A stretch of DNA of 64,000 bases. Source: Alphaproteobacteria bacterium (GTDB lineage: Bacteria > Pseudomonadota > Alphaproteobacteria > RF32 > CAG-239). Position 1 is the first letter of the stretch, and every line of letters begins with the position of its first letter. The position numbers were made by a program, and so were the translations under genes. The stretch spans positions 37,104-101,103 of the forward strand of contig JAFTVD010000023.1 of NCBI GenBank assembly GCA_017465945.1, read 5' to 3'. Below are positions 11,990-20,149 of this stretch, one piece after another. The notes under the pieces are model-generated. The model did not search any database. It was not told the origin of the DNA and saw nothing but the letters and a program-made list of their open reading frames with translations.

Positions 11990-12700
11990 ATGAAAAAGAC
12001 AATTATAGTAATGCCTGTAGCTAATGAAGAAGATAGTATCGCAAATGTGATAAATGAAATTAGGTCGCTTTATAAGGGTGTATATTTATATATAATTATG
12101 GATTCATATTCAAAAGATAAGACAGAAGAAATAGCTAGAAGTTTTGAAGATGAATTTGTTAAGGTTATTTTTTATAAAGAATCTAAAGGGGTTGTATCTT
12201 GTTATTTGGAGGGATTTCGCCAAGCTTTGGCTGATGGCGCTGAGCAAATTATTGAGATGGATGGAGGGGGTAGTCATAATCCTAAAGAGATAAAATTATT
12301 TTTAGAAAAATTGGATGAAGGATATGATTGTGTTTTTGGCTCTCGTTTTATGAAGGGGGGAGCTGAAATTGATGTTAAATTGTTTAGACGAATTGTTAGT
12401 AAGTGGGGAACATGGCTTGCTAATATTGTTTTGGGGACAAAATTAACGGATATGACTTCTGGTTTTGAAGGGTTTAAAAGCGAAGTTTTATCTTCATTTA
12501 ATTTTGAAAATTTTTTATCAAGAGCACATATGTATCAAACAGAAATGAGATTTTATTGTAGAAAAACAAAACATATTGAGGTGCCAATACATTATGTAGG
12601 TGGTAGGTCTACTTTTAAGAAAAAAATATTGTTTAGAGCTTTTAGTATTTTGTTTAAATTAAAAGAAAATGAGAAAAAAGTTAAAAGAAAAGATTTTTAG
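11990..12700 (+). CDS. GT2 polyprenol-phosphate glycosyltransferase (Dpm1/GtrB-like)
   Basis: MPVANEE, DSYSKDKT, EMDGGGSHNP, VFGSRF, DMTSGF. Confidence 0.85.
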   Translation: MKKTIIVMPVANEEDSIANVINEIRSLYKGVYLYIIMDSYSKDKTEEIARSFEDEFVKVIFYKESKGVVSCYLEGFRQALADGAEQIIEMDGGGSHNPKEIKLFLEKLDEGYDCVFGSRFMKGGAEIDVKLFRRIVSKWGTWLANIVLGTKLTDMTSGFEGFKSEVLSSFNFENFLSRAHMYQTEMRFYCRKTKHIEVPIHYVGGRSTFKKKILFRAFSILFKLKENEKKVKRKDF

Positions 12701-12715
12701 TAAAGGTTAGGAATT

Positions 12716-14218
12716 ATGAAGGAAATTTGGAACTTTTTTTACACATATTATGGTGTTTATGTGTTCTTTTTTATAAGTTTATTATCTACAAGTATATCAT
12801 TTTATTTAATAAATAGAAAAGAAAAAATTTCAGATTTGGTTTATTTTTGTATTATTACTTTATGTTTAAATTATTATAATTCTTTGGTTTTGTTTAATAC
12901 GGAATATTTAGGTTTTGTTTATAGGTTATGTTGTATTGGGATTATAGGGGGAGTTGCTCCTTTTGTTGTATTTTTAGGAATGCGATTATGGAAAAAAGTT
13001 ATAGCAAGTAGTTTTTATGATAAAAATAAATATGGGATATGTATTTTTATTTGCTCGTTGTTATATTTTTTATTTAGTCGACCAGAAAAAGTCAGAAATT
13101 GGGTGGCAAGTTGGTATGGTGTAAATTATTCTATGGGGATAGGATCTCGTTTTTTTATTGGTTCTTTATTAAATTGGATAAAAGGTGGGAAAGTTATTTT
13201 TTCTGATGATGTAATTCTTTTTTATGGCATTTCTTTTGGGATTTTAATTGCATTAGTATCGTATCTTTTTAATCGTTTAATTGTTAATAGTGATATAAAA
13301 TATAGAAAAGCTATATTCTTCTCAATTTTTATATATTTAGCAAGTCCTGGTTCTTTTTATGCATATATTGTTGAGGCAGGTAGGCTTGAAATGTATACAT
13401 ATATTTTTATGCTGATTGCTGTTATTTGTTATAATAGTATAAAAAATAATGTAATTAAGTATGGTGTTATAACATTATTATCTTGTGTGTCTGTGGCTAC
13501 TTATCAGGGGGTTGTATTTTTATATTATCCTATATTAATGATTGTGATGTTTACTGATATATTTTTAGATAAAGGGAAAGATAAAGCAAAAATTTATGGT
13601 AGTTTGGCTTGTTTTGTTTGTACATGTTTAGCTTTTATATTTTTTCAATTTTTTTCATATGTTAATTTTGATAATGTAAATGAATTTTGTAATCATTTAA
13701 ATTATAAAGCTATGTATTTTTACGAAAAACAAGCTGTGGATTTAGAAATTTTTGGTGGAATTGTTCGTTCATTTAATGAAATTAATAAAGATTTTCTATT
13801 AACTAAAAGCCCAAGAGAATTGTTGTGGTTATCATTTGTATTATTGTTACCGTTTTGGTTTTTTATTGCATCTTTTTATATTAAAGCGTGGGATAGTGTT
13901 AAAAAAGTAAAATGGTATAAAAATATATATGTGTATTATATTTTGATTAATATATGTATTTTGCCACAGTTTTTACTTAATATAGACTGGGGTAGGTGGA
14001 TGTTAGCTTTAATAAATATGTTATTTTTTGAAATTTTTTATCTTATATATATTAAAGATAAAGGAATGTTGTTGGCAGTTAAAAAATTAAATACGTCAAT
14101 AAATAATAATATGTTTATGTATTTGGTGTTTATTTTATACTTGTCTAAATTTTCTTACTATTGCGAAAAAAGTATATTTTTGGATATGAAAAAATTACTT
14201 GCGATTTTTTATATTTAA
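12716..14218 (+). CDS. Polytopic membrane protein, probable GT-C-type glycosyltransferase
   Basis: About 12-13 hydrophobic segments, DWGRW loop motif, directly follows a polyprenol-P GT2 gene; very low GC. Confidence 0.55.
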   Translation: MKEIWNFFYTYYGVYVFFFISLLSTSISFYLINRKEKISDLVYFCIITLCLNYYNSLVLFNTEYLGFVYRLCCIGIIGGVAPFVVFLGMRLWKKVIASSFYDKNKYGICIFICSLLYFLFSRPEKVRNWVASWYGVNYSMGIGSRFFIGSLLNWIKGGKVIFSDDVILFYGISFGILIALVSYLFNRLIVNSDIKYRKAIFFSIFIYLASPGSFYAYIVEAGRLEMYTYIFMLIAVICYNSIKNNVIKYGVITLLSCVSVATYQGVVFLYYPILMIVMFTDIFLDKGKDKAKIYGSLACFVCTCLAFIFFQFFSYVNFDNVNEFCNHLNYKAMYFYEKQAVDLEIFGGIVRSFNEINKDFLLTKSPRELLWLSFVLLLPFWFFIASFYIKAWDSVKKVKWYKNIYVYYILINICILPQFLLNIDWGRWMLALINMLFFEIFYLIYIKDKGMLLAVKKLNTSINNNMFMYLVFILYLSKFSYYCEKSIFLDMKKLLAIFYI

Positions 14219-14532
14219 TTTACATCATCTTCATCATCATCGTTACTATTTGTAAATAATGAGATTAGTGGTTTTTTATACATCCAAAGTAGGATAACAC
14301 CTAAAATTATGGTGATTGAACCAAATACGTATAGAACGTAATACCAGTTTAATTCGCCGACTTTCATTAGTGTATCTGTTGCATATAGTTTAATATAAAA
14401 TATAGATATTCCTGTTATAATGAAAGAAACAATATATGCTACGGTCCATATGCGTTTTAGAGCAATTTGGGGTAACATGAATGCAGTTAAGATATATACA
14501 AAAATTAAAGCTATAAATAAATATGTTTCCAT
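14215..14532 (-). CDS. Small 3-TM membrane protein (start METYLF at 14532)
   Basis: GGAGG SD before ATG 14532, three hydrophobic segments, acidic tail. Confidence 0.65.
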   Translation of the reverse strand: METYLFIALIFVYILTAFMLPQIALKRIWTVAYIVSFIITGISIFYIKLYATDTLMKVGELNWYYVLYVFGSITIILGVILLWMYKKPLISLFTNSNDDDEDDVN

Positions 14533-14593
14533 TATTTCCTCCTGTTTGTTTGGTTGATATAATATGTGTTTTTTTTCTTTAAAGTAGGAGGAA

Positions 14594-14627
14594 TAAAAAA
14601 AAAAGCCCCCAAATGGGAGCTTTTTTT
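14594..14627 (-). terminator. Terminator after the orphan gene 14627-15097
   Basis: A run, agcccccaaatgggagct stem-loop, T run. Confidence 0.6.
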
Positions 14628-15097
14628 CATTTGCATTCAAAACATTCATACTGTTTGGCATATAGGTTATGAATATCTTTTATTGCATTGGATGTTCGAT
14701 TTACCTCAATAACTTTATCGATAAACTGAACACCTTCATGTGTGCGACTAATTTTTTTAACACAAAGGCAAGTGTAGTCATCAATGTTTTCCGTATTGGT
14801 ATTTGAACTTTTAAAAGAGCTTTCAATACCTAGGTTTGCGGATTTTACAGGAGTGTTGTAGGTGGGGTAGAAAATAAGTTGATTTTCATGGTTTTCTCCA
14901 TAAGTTATTGCTTGATTGTTTGGCAATAACCAAATCCAGAACAAAGTAAAAGATTCACCGAGTACAGAGTTTTTGTTTTCAGTTACGGCTATGATAGGAT
15001 AGCTTGAGCCTAAATTTTTCAATTCAGGAATAGTAGAACTGAAAGCTTCTAACATTATAGAGCGGATGTCCTCTTTGGTTTGTAATAATTGTTTCAT
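14627..15097 (-). CDS. Hypothetical protein (orphan, SD-less leader)
   Basis: 156-aa ORF with an upstream TTGACA and its own terminator; no recognisable domain. Confidence 0.6.
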   Translation of the reverse strand: MKQLLQTKEDIRSIMLEAFSSTIPELKNLGSSYPIIAVTENKNSVLGESFTLFWIWLLPNNQAITYGENHENQLIFYPTYNTPVKSANLGIESSFKSSNTNTENIDDYTCLCVKKISRTHEGVQFIDKVIEVNRTSNAIKDIHNLYAKQYECFECK

Positions 15098-15198
15098 AAT
15101 GTGATATGTTTAATGATTAATAATTTTGTTTATATAATTATATTAGATGTTGTTTATTTCTTATTATAAAAAATATTTTTTGTCAATATTATTTATGT

Positions 15199-16041
15199 CT
15201 AAAATTTTGTTTTTAACATATCAAGTGTAAAACGATTGGTGTAATTTAATTTTGTAAGCAAACTTTCGGCTTTGTCAAAGTATTTACCAATACGGGTTGG
15301 ATCATGAGCATCATCACTTATTAATATTGGGACTAAATTGCTTTTAGCAAGAGTTTCTAACATCCAAGGTGAGGGGTGAGGCTGATCTATTCTATCGTAT
15401 CCACTTGTGTTTAATTCTATAGGGGTTCTAGTTTTAATTAGAGTTTCGATTATTTCATGTTTGTATTCATCATATCTTTCATCAACACCTAGGTTAAATA
15501 TTGTACAATAGTCAAGATGTGCGATAAATGTAAAATATCCGCTTTTTATACATTCGATAATATTTTTATAGTGATTTATGGTGTATTGATGAATTGTTTC
15601 TTCATCTGGGCGGTTTGGAATTTTTTTTAGGTGATAGATGTTACAAAGAAAAGTTTCATCAATGCTTTTTAAGAAGTGGTTACTTCCTATTAGGTAATCT
15701 ACATCTAGTTCTTTTATCATTTTTTCAAAATTATTACGCCAATCGAGAGAGCTGAAAAAATCACATTCAAAACCAATTTTTATATCTATATTGTATTCTT
15801 GTTTTAAGTTTTGTAAAATATTGATATGGCGCTTATAACACTCTGTTGCGTCTTTAAAATTATTAAAAAACATAGGTTCTATATTTCTATCAAAATCTAA
15901 TACTTTATTTACAATTACATGATTGGTTACACCTATTGTTTTAAAGCCTTTATCGATGGCGGATGATATCATTGTTTTAGCGTCGGCATAGCCATCAAAA
16001 CGTAGCTCATTATTATGAGTGTGAAGAGTGAAATTTTGCAT
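15199..16041 (-). CDS. PHP-family phosphatase (HisJ/HisK histidinol-phosphatase-like)
   Basis: HTH metal motif, TNH, GFECD, DYLIGSNH, AHLD, ELNTSG, SDDAH. Confidence 0.85.
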   Translation of the reverse strand: MQNFTLHTHNNELRFDGYADAKTMISSAIDKGFKTIGVTNHVIVNKVLDFDRNIEPMFFNNFKDATECYKRHINILQNLKQEYNIDIKIGFECDFFSSLDWRNNFEKMIKELDVDYLIGSNHFLKSIDETFLCNIYHLKKIPNRPDEETIHQYTINHYKNIIECIKSGYFTFIAHLDYCTIFNLGVDERYDEYKHEIIETLIKTRTPIELNTSGYDRIDQPHPSPWMLETLAKSNLVPILISDDAHDPTRIGKYFDKAESLLTKLNYTNRFTLDMLKTKF

Positions 16042-16439
16042 TTTAATAACCTTATTTAGTTTTTTTGTTTATGAAAGTATATAAGGTTTATAGTTAAGAA
16101 AATATTTATTTTATAAATTAAAAGTGTCAACAAGGGTGGTGTAATATCCAATCTAGCATCTTTAAATTGTTTTTCAATAGAAATTTTTAATAATTTATTA
16201 ATAATTTTGCTTGAATGAGGGTTTTTAGTTTGGCTAGTATTGAATGTGTCAACAAGTATGTTTTACCTCTACTTTTTTTGAGGTTTTAAGTGAAATAAAA
16301 ATGATTATATTTAAGTACATAATAAACAATATACTTTCTTATTCACAAGGCTGTAATTAGCTTTGACATTGATATTTTAATATCTATACTTTAGGGCATA
16401 ATTTGAGACTAACTTTTATGGAAGAGGGATTTTTTTAAG

Positions 16440-19037
16440 ATGAACAAAGATAGTGTTGCTGAGTTTAACACCAACTTGGGGTTGTTGGCTGATTTATATG
16501 GTGTAGAGTATCAATCAGACCCTGATATGAAAGTTGGAATGTTAAAGTCTATGGGAGTGTTAGAGGATACGTTTGATCATACTACAACTAATCATGTTAG
16601 ATTTTTGGCGAATCTTATTAAGGTTAAGGAACTTGTTAGGCAGAAGAAAGATGCTAATTTTAGAAATATTGTGCATCATGTTCCTGTGCTTAGAAAAAAT
16701 AGAGTAAATACAATAGAGGTTTCTTTACCTGAAGGGGTTACTTCGCTTAAGTGGAGCTTTTATGAAGATGAAGATATGAAAAAGCACTATAAAGGTGAAG
16801 TTGGCGTTGACGATATGGGTAAAGTTTATAGTGGTGAAACAAGTATTGAAAAATTAAAACAGGGAACTAGAGATATTAATAAAGTTTCTGAACACAAAAT
16901 TGGAGATACTGTTTATCGCAAATATCAATTTGAATTTCCTTTTGATGTTAATTTAGGATATCATAAAGTTGAATTCTCATATAAAGATAAAAATGGAGTA
17001 GATGTTGTATGTCAATCTCATTTGATTTCTGCTCCTGAAAAATGTTATTCAGGAATTGATATTGAAAATGGTGATAAAACTTGGGGTATTCCGGTTCAAC
17101 TTTATGAACAAGTAAGTCAAAATAATCTTGGTATTGGTAATTATAGTGACTTAGCTCAAATTGGTTTTATCGCAGGTAAAAATGGAGCAGGACTTTTAGG
17201 AGTTAATCCTTTGCATGCAAATAGAGGTGATCAACCTGAAAATGCTTCGCCTTATTCTCCTGATAGCAGAATGTATTTTAATTATTTGTATCTTGATGTT
17301 ACTGGTATTGAGGAATTTAAGAATAGTCCTTTGATTAAGGCTTATTATGATAGTCCAGAATTTCAGGAAAAAATTAGAAGAAACCGCCGTAAAGGATATG
17401 TTGATTATACGGTTACTCAAGAATTGGTTGATGATATTTTACATCGTTGTTTTGAAGAATTTAAACGAAATAAAAATTTTAATAGAGAAGAATATAATAA
17501 ATATTTGGTTTATTGTGACGAACAAGATGGTATTTTAGATAAATATGCAACATTTAGAGTATTAAATGAATATTTTGCAAAACAAAAACCTACTCCGCTT
17601 GATTGGAATTATTGGCCAGATGAATATAAAGATCCAAATTCTGATGCTGTTAAGAAATTTATGATTGAACATAAAGATGAAATTGAATTTCATAAATATG
17701 CTCAATGGCAATGCACTAAACAACTTGAAGAAGTTAAGGGTGTATGCTTAAATTCTGGTATGAAGATAGGGCTTTATATGGATATGGCTGTTGGGGCATC
17801 TCCAAAAGGATTTGAAGCTTGGTACTATAAAGATTTGTTTATTAATGGTAGTGCAGGGGCAACTCCTGATGAACTTTCTCCAACAGGACAAGTTTGGAAT
17901 GTGTTAGGGTTTAATCCTGCAAAATTGCAACAAGAAGCGTATGAACCATATCGTCGTATTTTGGAAGCAAATATGAAATATGCAGGGTGTATGCGTATTG
18001 ACCATGTATTGCAATTAAATCGTTTATATTTCCATCCTGCTAATGAGCACAAAGGTACTTTTGTTTACTATAATTCTGAAGAACTTATGGCATTGGTTGC
18101 CCTTGAAAGTCATCGTCATAAGACAATGATTATTGGTGAAGATTTGGGGGAAGCGACTAAAGAATTTAGAAAACAAATGGAAGATTATGGTATTCTTTCT
18201 TATAAGGTGCTTCCGTTTGAAAGAGACCATGAAGGTAAAATGATTAGACCTGAAAAATATCAACAGTTAGCTATTTGTGCGACATCAACTCATGACACTC
18301 CAACGCTTCTTAATCAGTGGAATGTTCAAGATGTTTGGCAGAAAAAAGCTCTTGGTTTTTATAATGAAAAAATCTTAAATAATATGTTTGAGCAATATGC
18401 AACACAACGTATTTCTATTAATGAGCGTTTGAGTGAATATGGTTGTTGGGATAAAGTTGGGGGTAAACCATCGTTTAATCCTAGAGAAGAAGCAAATGAA
18501 GTACCTGAGGGATATTTGTGTGCAGCTATTGATTATCTTGCTCGCTCAAATTCTGCGTTAATGATGGTTCCTTTATCTGATATATTCGGTGTTAGTGAAA
18601 TGGGGAATATTCCAGGTACGCTAGATGTTGATATGACTTCAAGTGATAAAAAGTCTTTCATGGAAATTAGTGGTAATGATCATAGATTTTATCCTAACTG
18701 GAGAAAGAAGTTACATATTCCTATAGAACACTTTGAAGATACTGATGAATTTAAAAAGGTTATTGATATCTTGAATGAATATCGTCAAGATGGAAATGAT
18801 GGTAGAGGTAAATACTATCAGTTCCAACGTATGGGAATTGATAATCCTTCAACGGTTGATTTTGATAAAGCAAAAAGAATTCATAAGATTTTGCTTAATA
18901 AACAAGAATATCAACGTAATGCAATTATTAATAATCGCTATAAACCACAAGCTATGTTACGTAATCAAAAGAAAATTGATGATGTTCAGGCTAGGATGAA
19001 AAAAGCTATGAGAGATTGGTATTTAAAAGGTTTATAG
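16440..19037 (+). CDS. malQ: 4-alpha-glucanotransferase (GH77) with extensions
   Basis: WGIPVQLY, GIGNYSDL, SPYSPDSR, YMDMAVG, RIDHV, IGEDLG, STHDTPTL, NIPGT, YPNWRKKL. Confidence 0.9.
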   Translation: MNKDSVAEFNTNLGLLADLYGVEYQSDPDMKVGMLKSMGVLEDTFDHTTTNHVRFLANLIKVKELVRQKKDANFRNIVHHVPVLRKNRVNTIEVSLPEGVTSLKWSFYEDEDMKKHYKGEVGVDDMGKVYSGETSIEKLKQGTRDINKVSEHKIGDTVYRKYQFEFPFDVNLGYHKVEFSYKDKNGVDVVCQSHLISAPEKCYSGIDIENGDKTWGIPVQLYEQVSQNNLGIGNYSDLAQIGFIAGKNGAGLLGVNPLHANRGDQPENASPYSPDSRMYFNYLYLDVTGIEEFKNSPLIKAYYDSPEFQEKIRRNRRKGYVDYTVTQELVDDILHRCFEEFKRNKNFNREEYNKYLVYCDEQDGILDKYATFRVLNEYFAKQKPTPLDWNYWPDEYKDPNSDAVKKFMIEHKDEIEFHKYAQWQCTKQLEEVKGVCLNSGMKIGLYMDMAVGASPKGFEAWYYKDLFINGSAGATPDELSPTGQVWNVLGFNPAKLQQEAYEPYRRILEANMKYAGCMRIDHVLQLNRLYFHPANEHKGTFVYYNSEELMALVALESHRHKTMIIGEDLGEATKEFRKQMEDYGILSYKVLPFERDHEGKMIRPEKYQQLAICATSTHDTPTLLNQWNVQDVWQKKALGFYNEKILNNMFEQYATQRISINERLSEYGCWDKVGGKPSFNPREEANEVPEGYLCAAIDYLARSNSALMMVPLSDIFGVSEMGNIPGTLDVDMTSSDKKSFMEISGNDHRFYPNWRKKLHIPIEHFEDTDEFKKVIDILNEYRQDGNDGRGKYYQFQRMGIDNPSTVDFDKAKRIHKILLNKQEYQRNAIINNRYKPQAMLRNQKKIDDVQARMKKAMRDWYLKGL

Positions 19038-19061
19038 AATTAAGTATTTTATATATTTATG

Positions 19062-19092
19062 AAAGGTGTTAATTTAAAATTAACACCTTTTT
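19062..19092 (+). terminator. Terminator after malQ
   Basis: aaaggtgttaatt-taa-aattaacacctttt. Confidence 0.7.
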
Positions 19093-19176
19093 GTTTATTA
19101 TTGTAGAAAGGGCTTGAATTAAATTTATATATTGAATATAATCGTTGTAGTTTATTTGTGTTGTTGAAGGCGCGAA

Positions 19177-19797
19177 ATGTCAGGCGAAAAAAAACAGAAT
19201 GTAAGAATGATTTTTAAAGTAGGGGCTTTCCTTGCATTTATTATGCTTGGTTATTTGGGTATTCGTTCTTATAAAAGAAGTGTTGAGAAATTAAAAATCA
19301 ACAAATGTACTGAGGAAATTATTTCTTTAGTTAAAAATATTCAAGAGGCATATTTTAGTAGTACTGATTATGGTGAGTTTGATTATAAAACAGCAGAAAG
19401 AATGAAGTTGTTTCCATCTAATATGAAAAGGGAAGGTTTTAGAGAGGTAACTAATGCTTACATGGGGGGAGTTGATGTTTATTATTCATCATTAACCCCT
19501 GATAGAAATAGAAGTGCTTTTGAAGTTTCTTTTCAAGGGTTAAGTCAGATGGGATGTATGGCTTTGCTTAGATTGGATTTATCAAATTTGAACGCTATTG
19601 CTGTGGCAGGGTTTGCTACTCCTACTCCTAGTGGTGTTTTAGATGAAATTTATGTAGATACAAAACCAGAAGAAATAAAAGATAGAGGTAGAAAGTTTAT
19701 AGCTAGGGGGATTATGTATCTATCAGATGAAAAAGCAGAGAATGCGTGCGCATGTAAGAGCAAGGATGAGTGTTCTGTGATTTGGAAATTCAAATAA
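19177..19797 (+). CDS. Type IV pilin/pseudopilin-like protein (PilS-like head domain)
   Basis: N-terminal hydrophobic helix, NAYMGGV and F-x-V-x-F-x-GLS-x-x-x-C motifs, C-terminal Cys residues; no clear G|F/M-x3-E prepilin site. Confidence 0.55.
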   Translation: MSGEKKQNVRMIFKVGAFLAFIMLGYLGIRSYKRSVEKLKINKCTEEIISLVKNIQEAYFSSTDYGEFDYKTAERMKLFPSNMKREGFREVTNAYMGGVDVYYSSLTPDRNRSAFEVSFQGLSQMGCMALLRLDLSNLNAIAVAGFATPTPSGVLDEIYVDTKPEEIKDRGRKFIARGIMYLSDEKAENACACKSKDECSVIWKFK

Positions 19798-20058
19798 AGG
19801 GTAAAATTTTTATATCTAAAGCGAGATTTTCAAATAAATAAAAATTCATGTAGTTTTATCTACACTAAAATTTTTATTTTTTTCAATCTCATCTTTATCT
19901 ATTAAAAATTTTCCGCCTTTATTGTTTAAAGCGCATTTAATTAGTAAATAAAAGCCACTCTGCAGTCGGGTCATGTAGTTTTATCTACACTCCCTTCCTT
20001 GGGTGGATATTTACTATTAACTACTAAAATTTTCCGCCTTTATTATTTAAAGCGCATT
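19793..20058. repeat. Two-module REP-like palindromic element
   Basis: Identical 21-mer tcatgtagttttatctacact at 19846-19866 and 19971-19991; 33-mer aaaattttccgcctttattRtttaaagcgcatt at 19905-19937 and 20026-20058; each core sits at the apex of a long imperfect inverted repeat. Confidence 0.8.
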
Positions 20059-20107
20059 GAGTTATTTGTAGCTAATTTATTATAATCTAAAAAAGTACTT
20101 GCCAAAA

Positions 20108-20122
20108 GAACAAAAGTAGTAT
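20108..20122 (+). promoter_or_regulatory. Possible alphaproteobacterial LexA box in the uvrA promoter
   Basis: GAAC-aaaagta-GTAT resembles GAAC-N7-GAAC/GTAC and lies just downstream of TTGCCA (-35, 20099-20104). Confidence 0.4.
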
Positions 20123-20149
20123 ATTACGATTATTCGGAGGTACAAATAG

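Noticed and set aside
14533-14661. N-terminal extension of the 14215-14661 ORF
   Set aside because: It runs through a terminator hairpin and overlaps the neighbouring gene; a strong SD supports ATG 14532
16124-16256. 11-bp direct repeat gtgtcaacaag at 16124 and 16246
   Set aside because: Only two short copies, each containing a minus-strand TTGACA; explained by promoter elements or chance
19846-20058. CRISPR array interpretation of the duplicated motifs
   Set aside because: Only two copies of two alternating motifs, palindromic intervening arms and no cas genes
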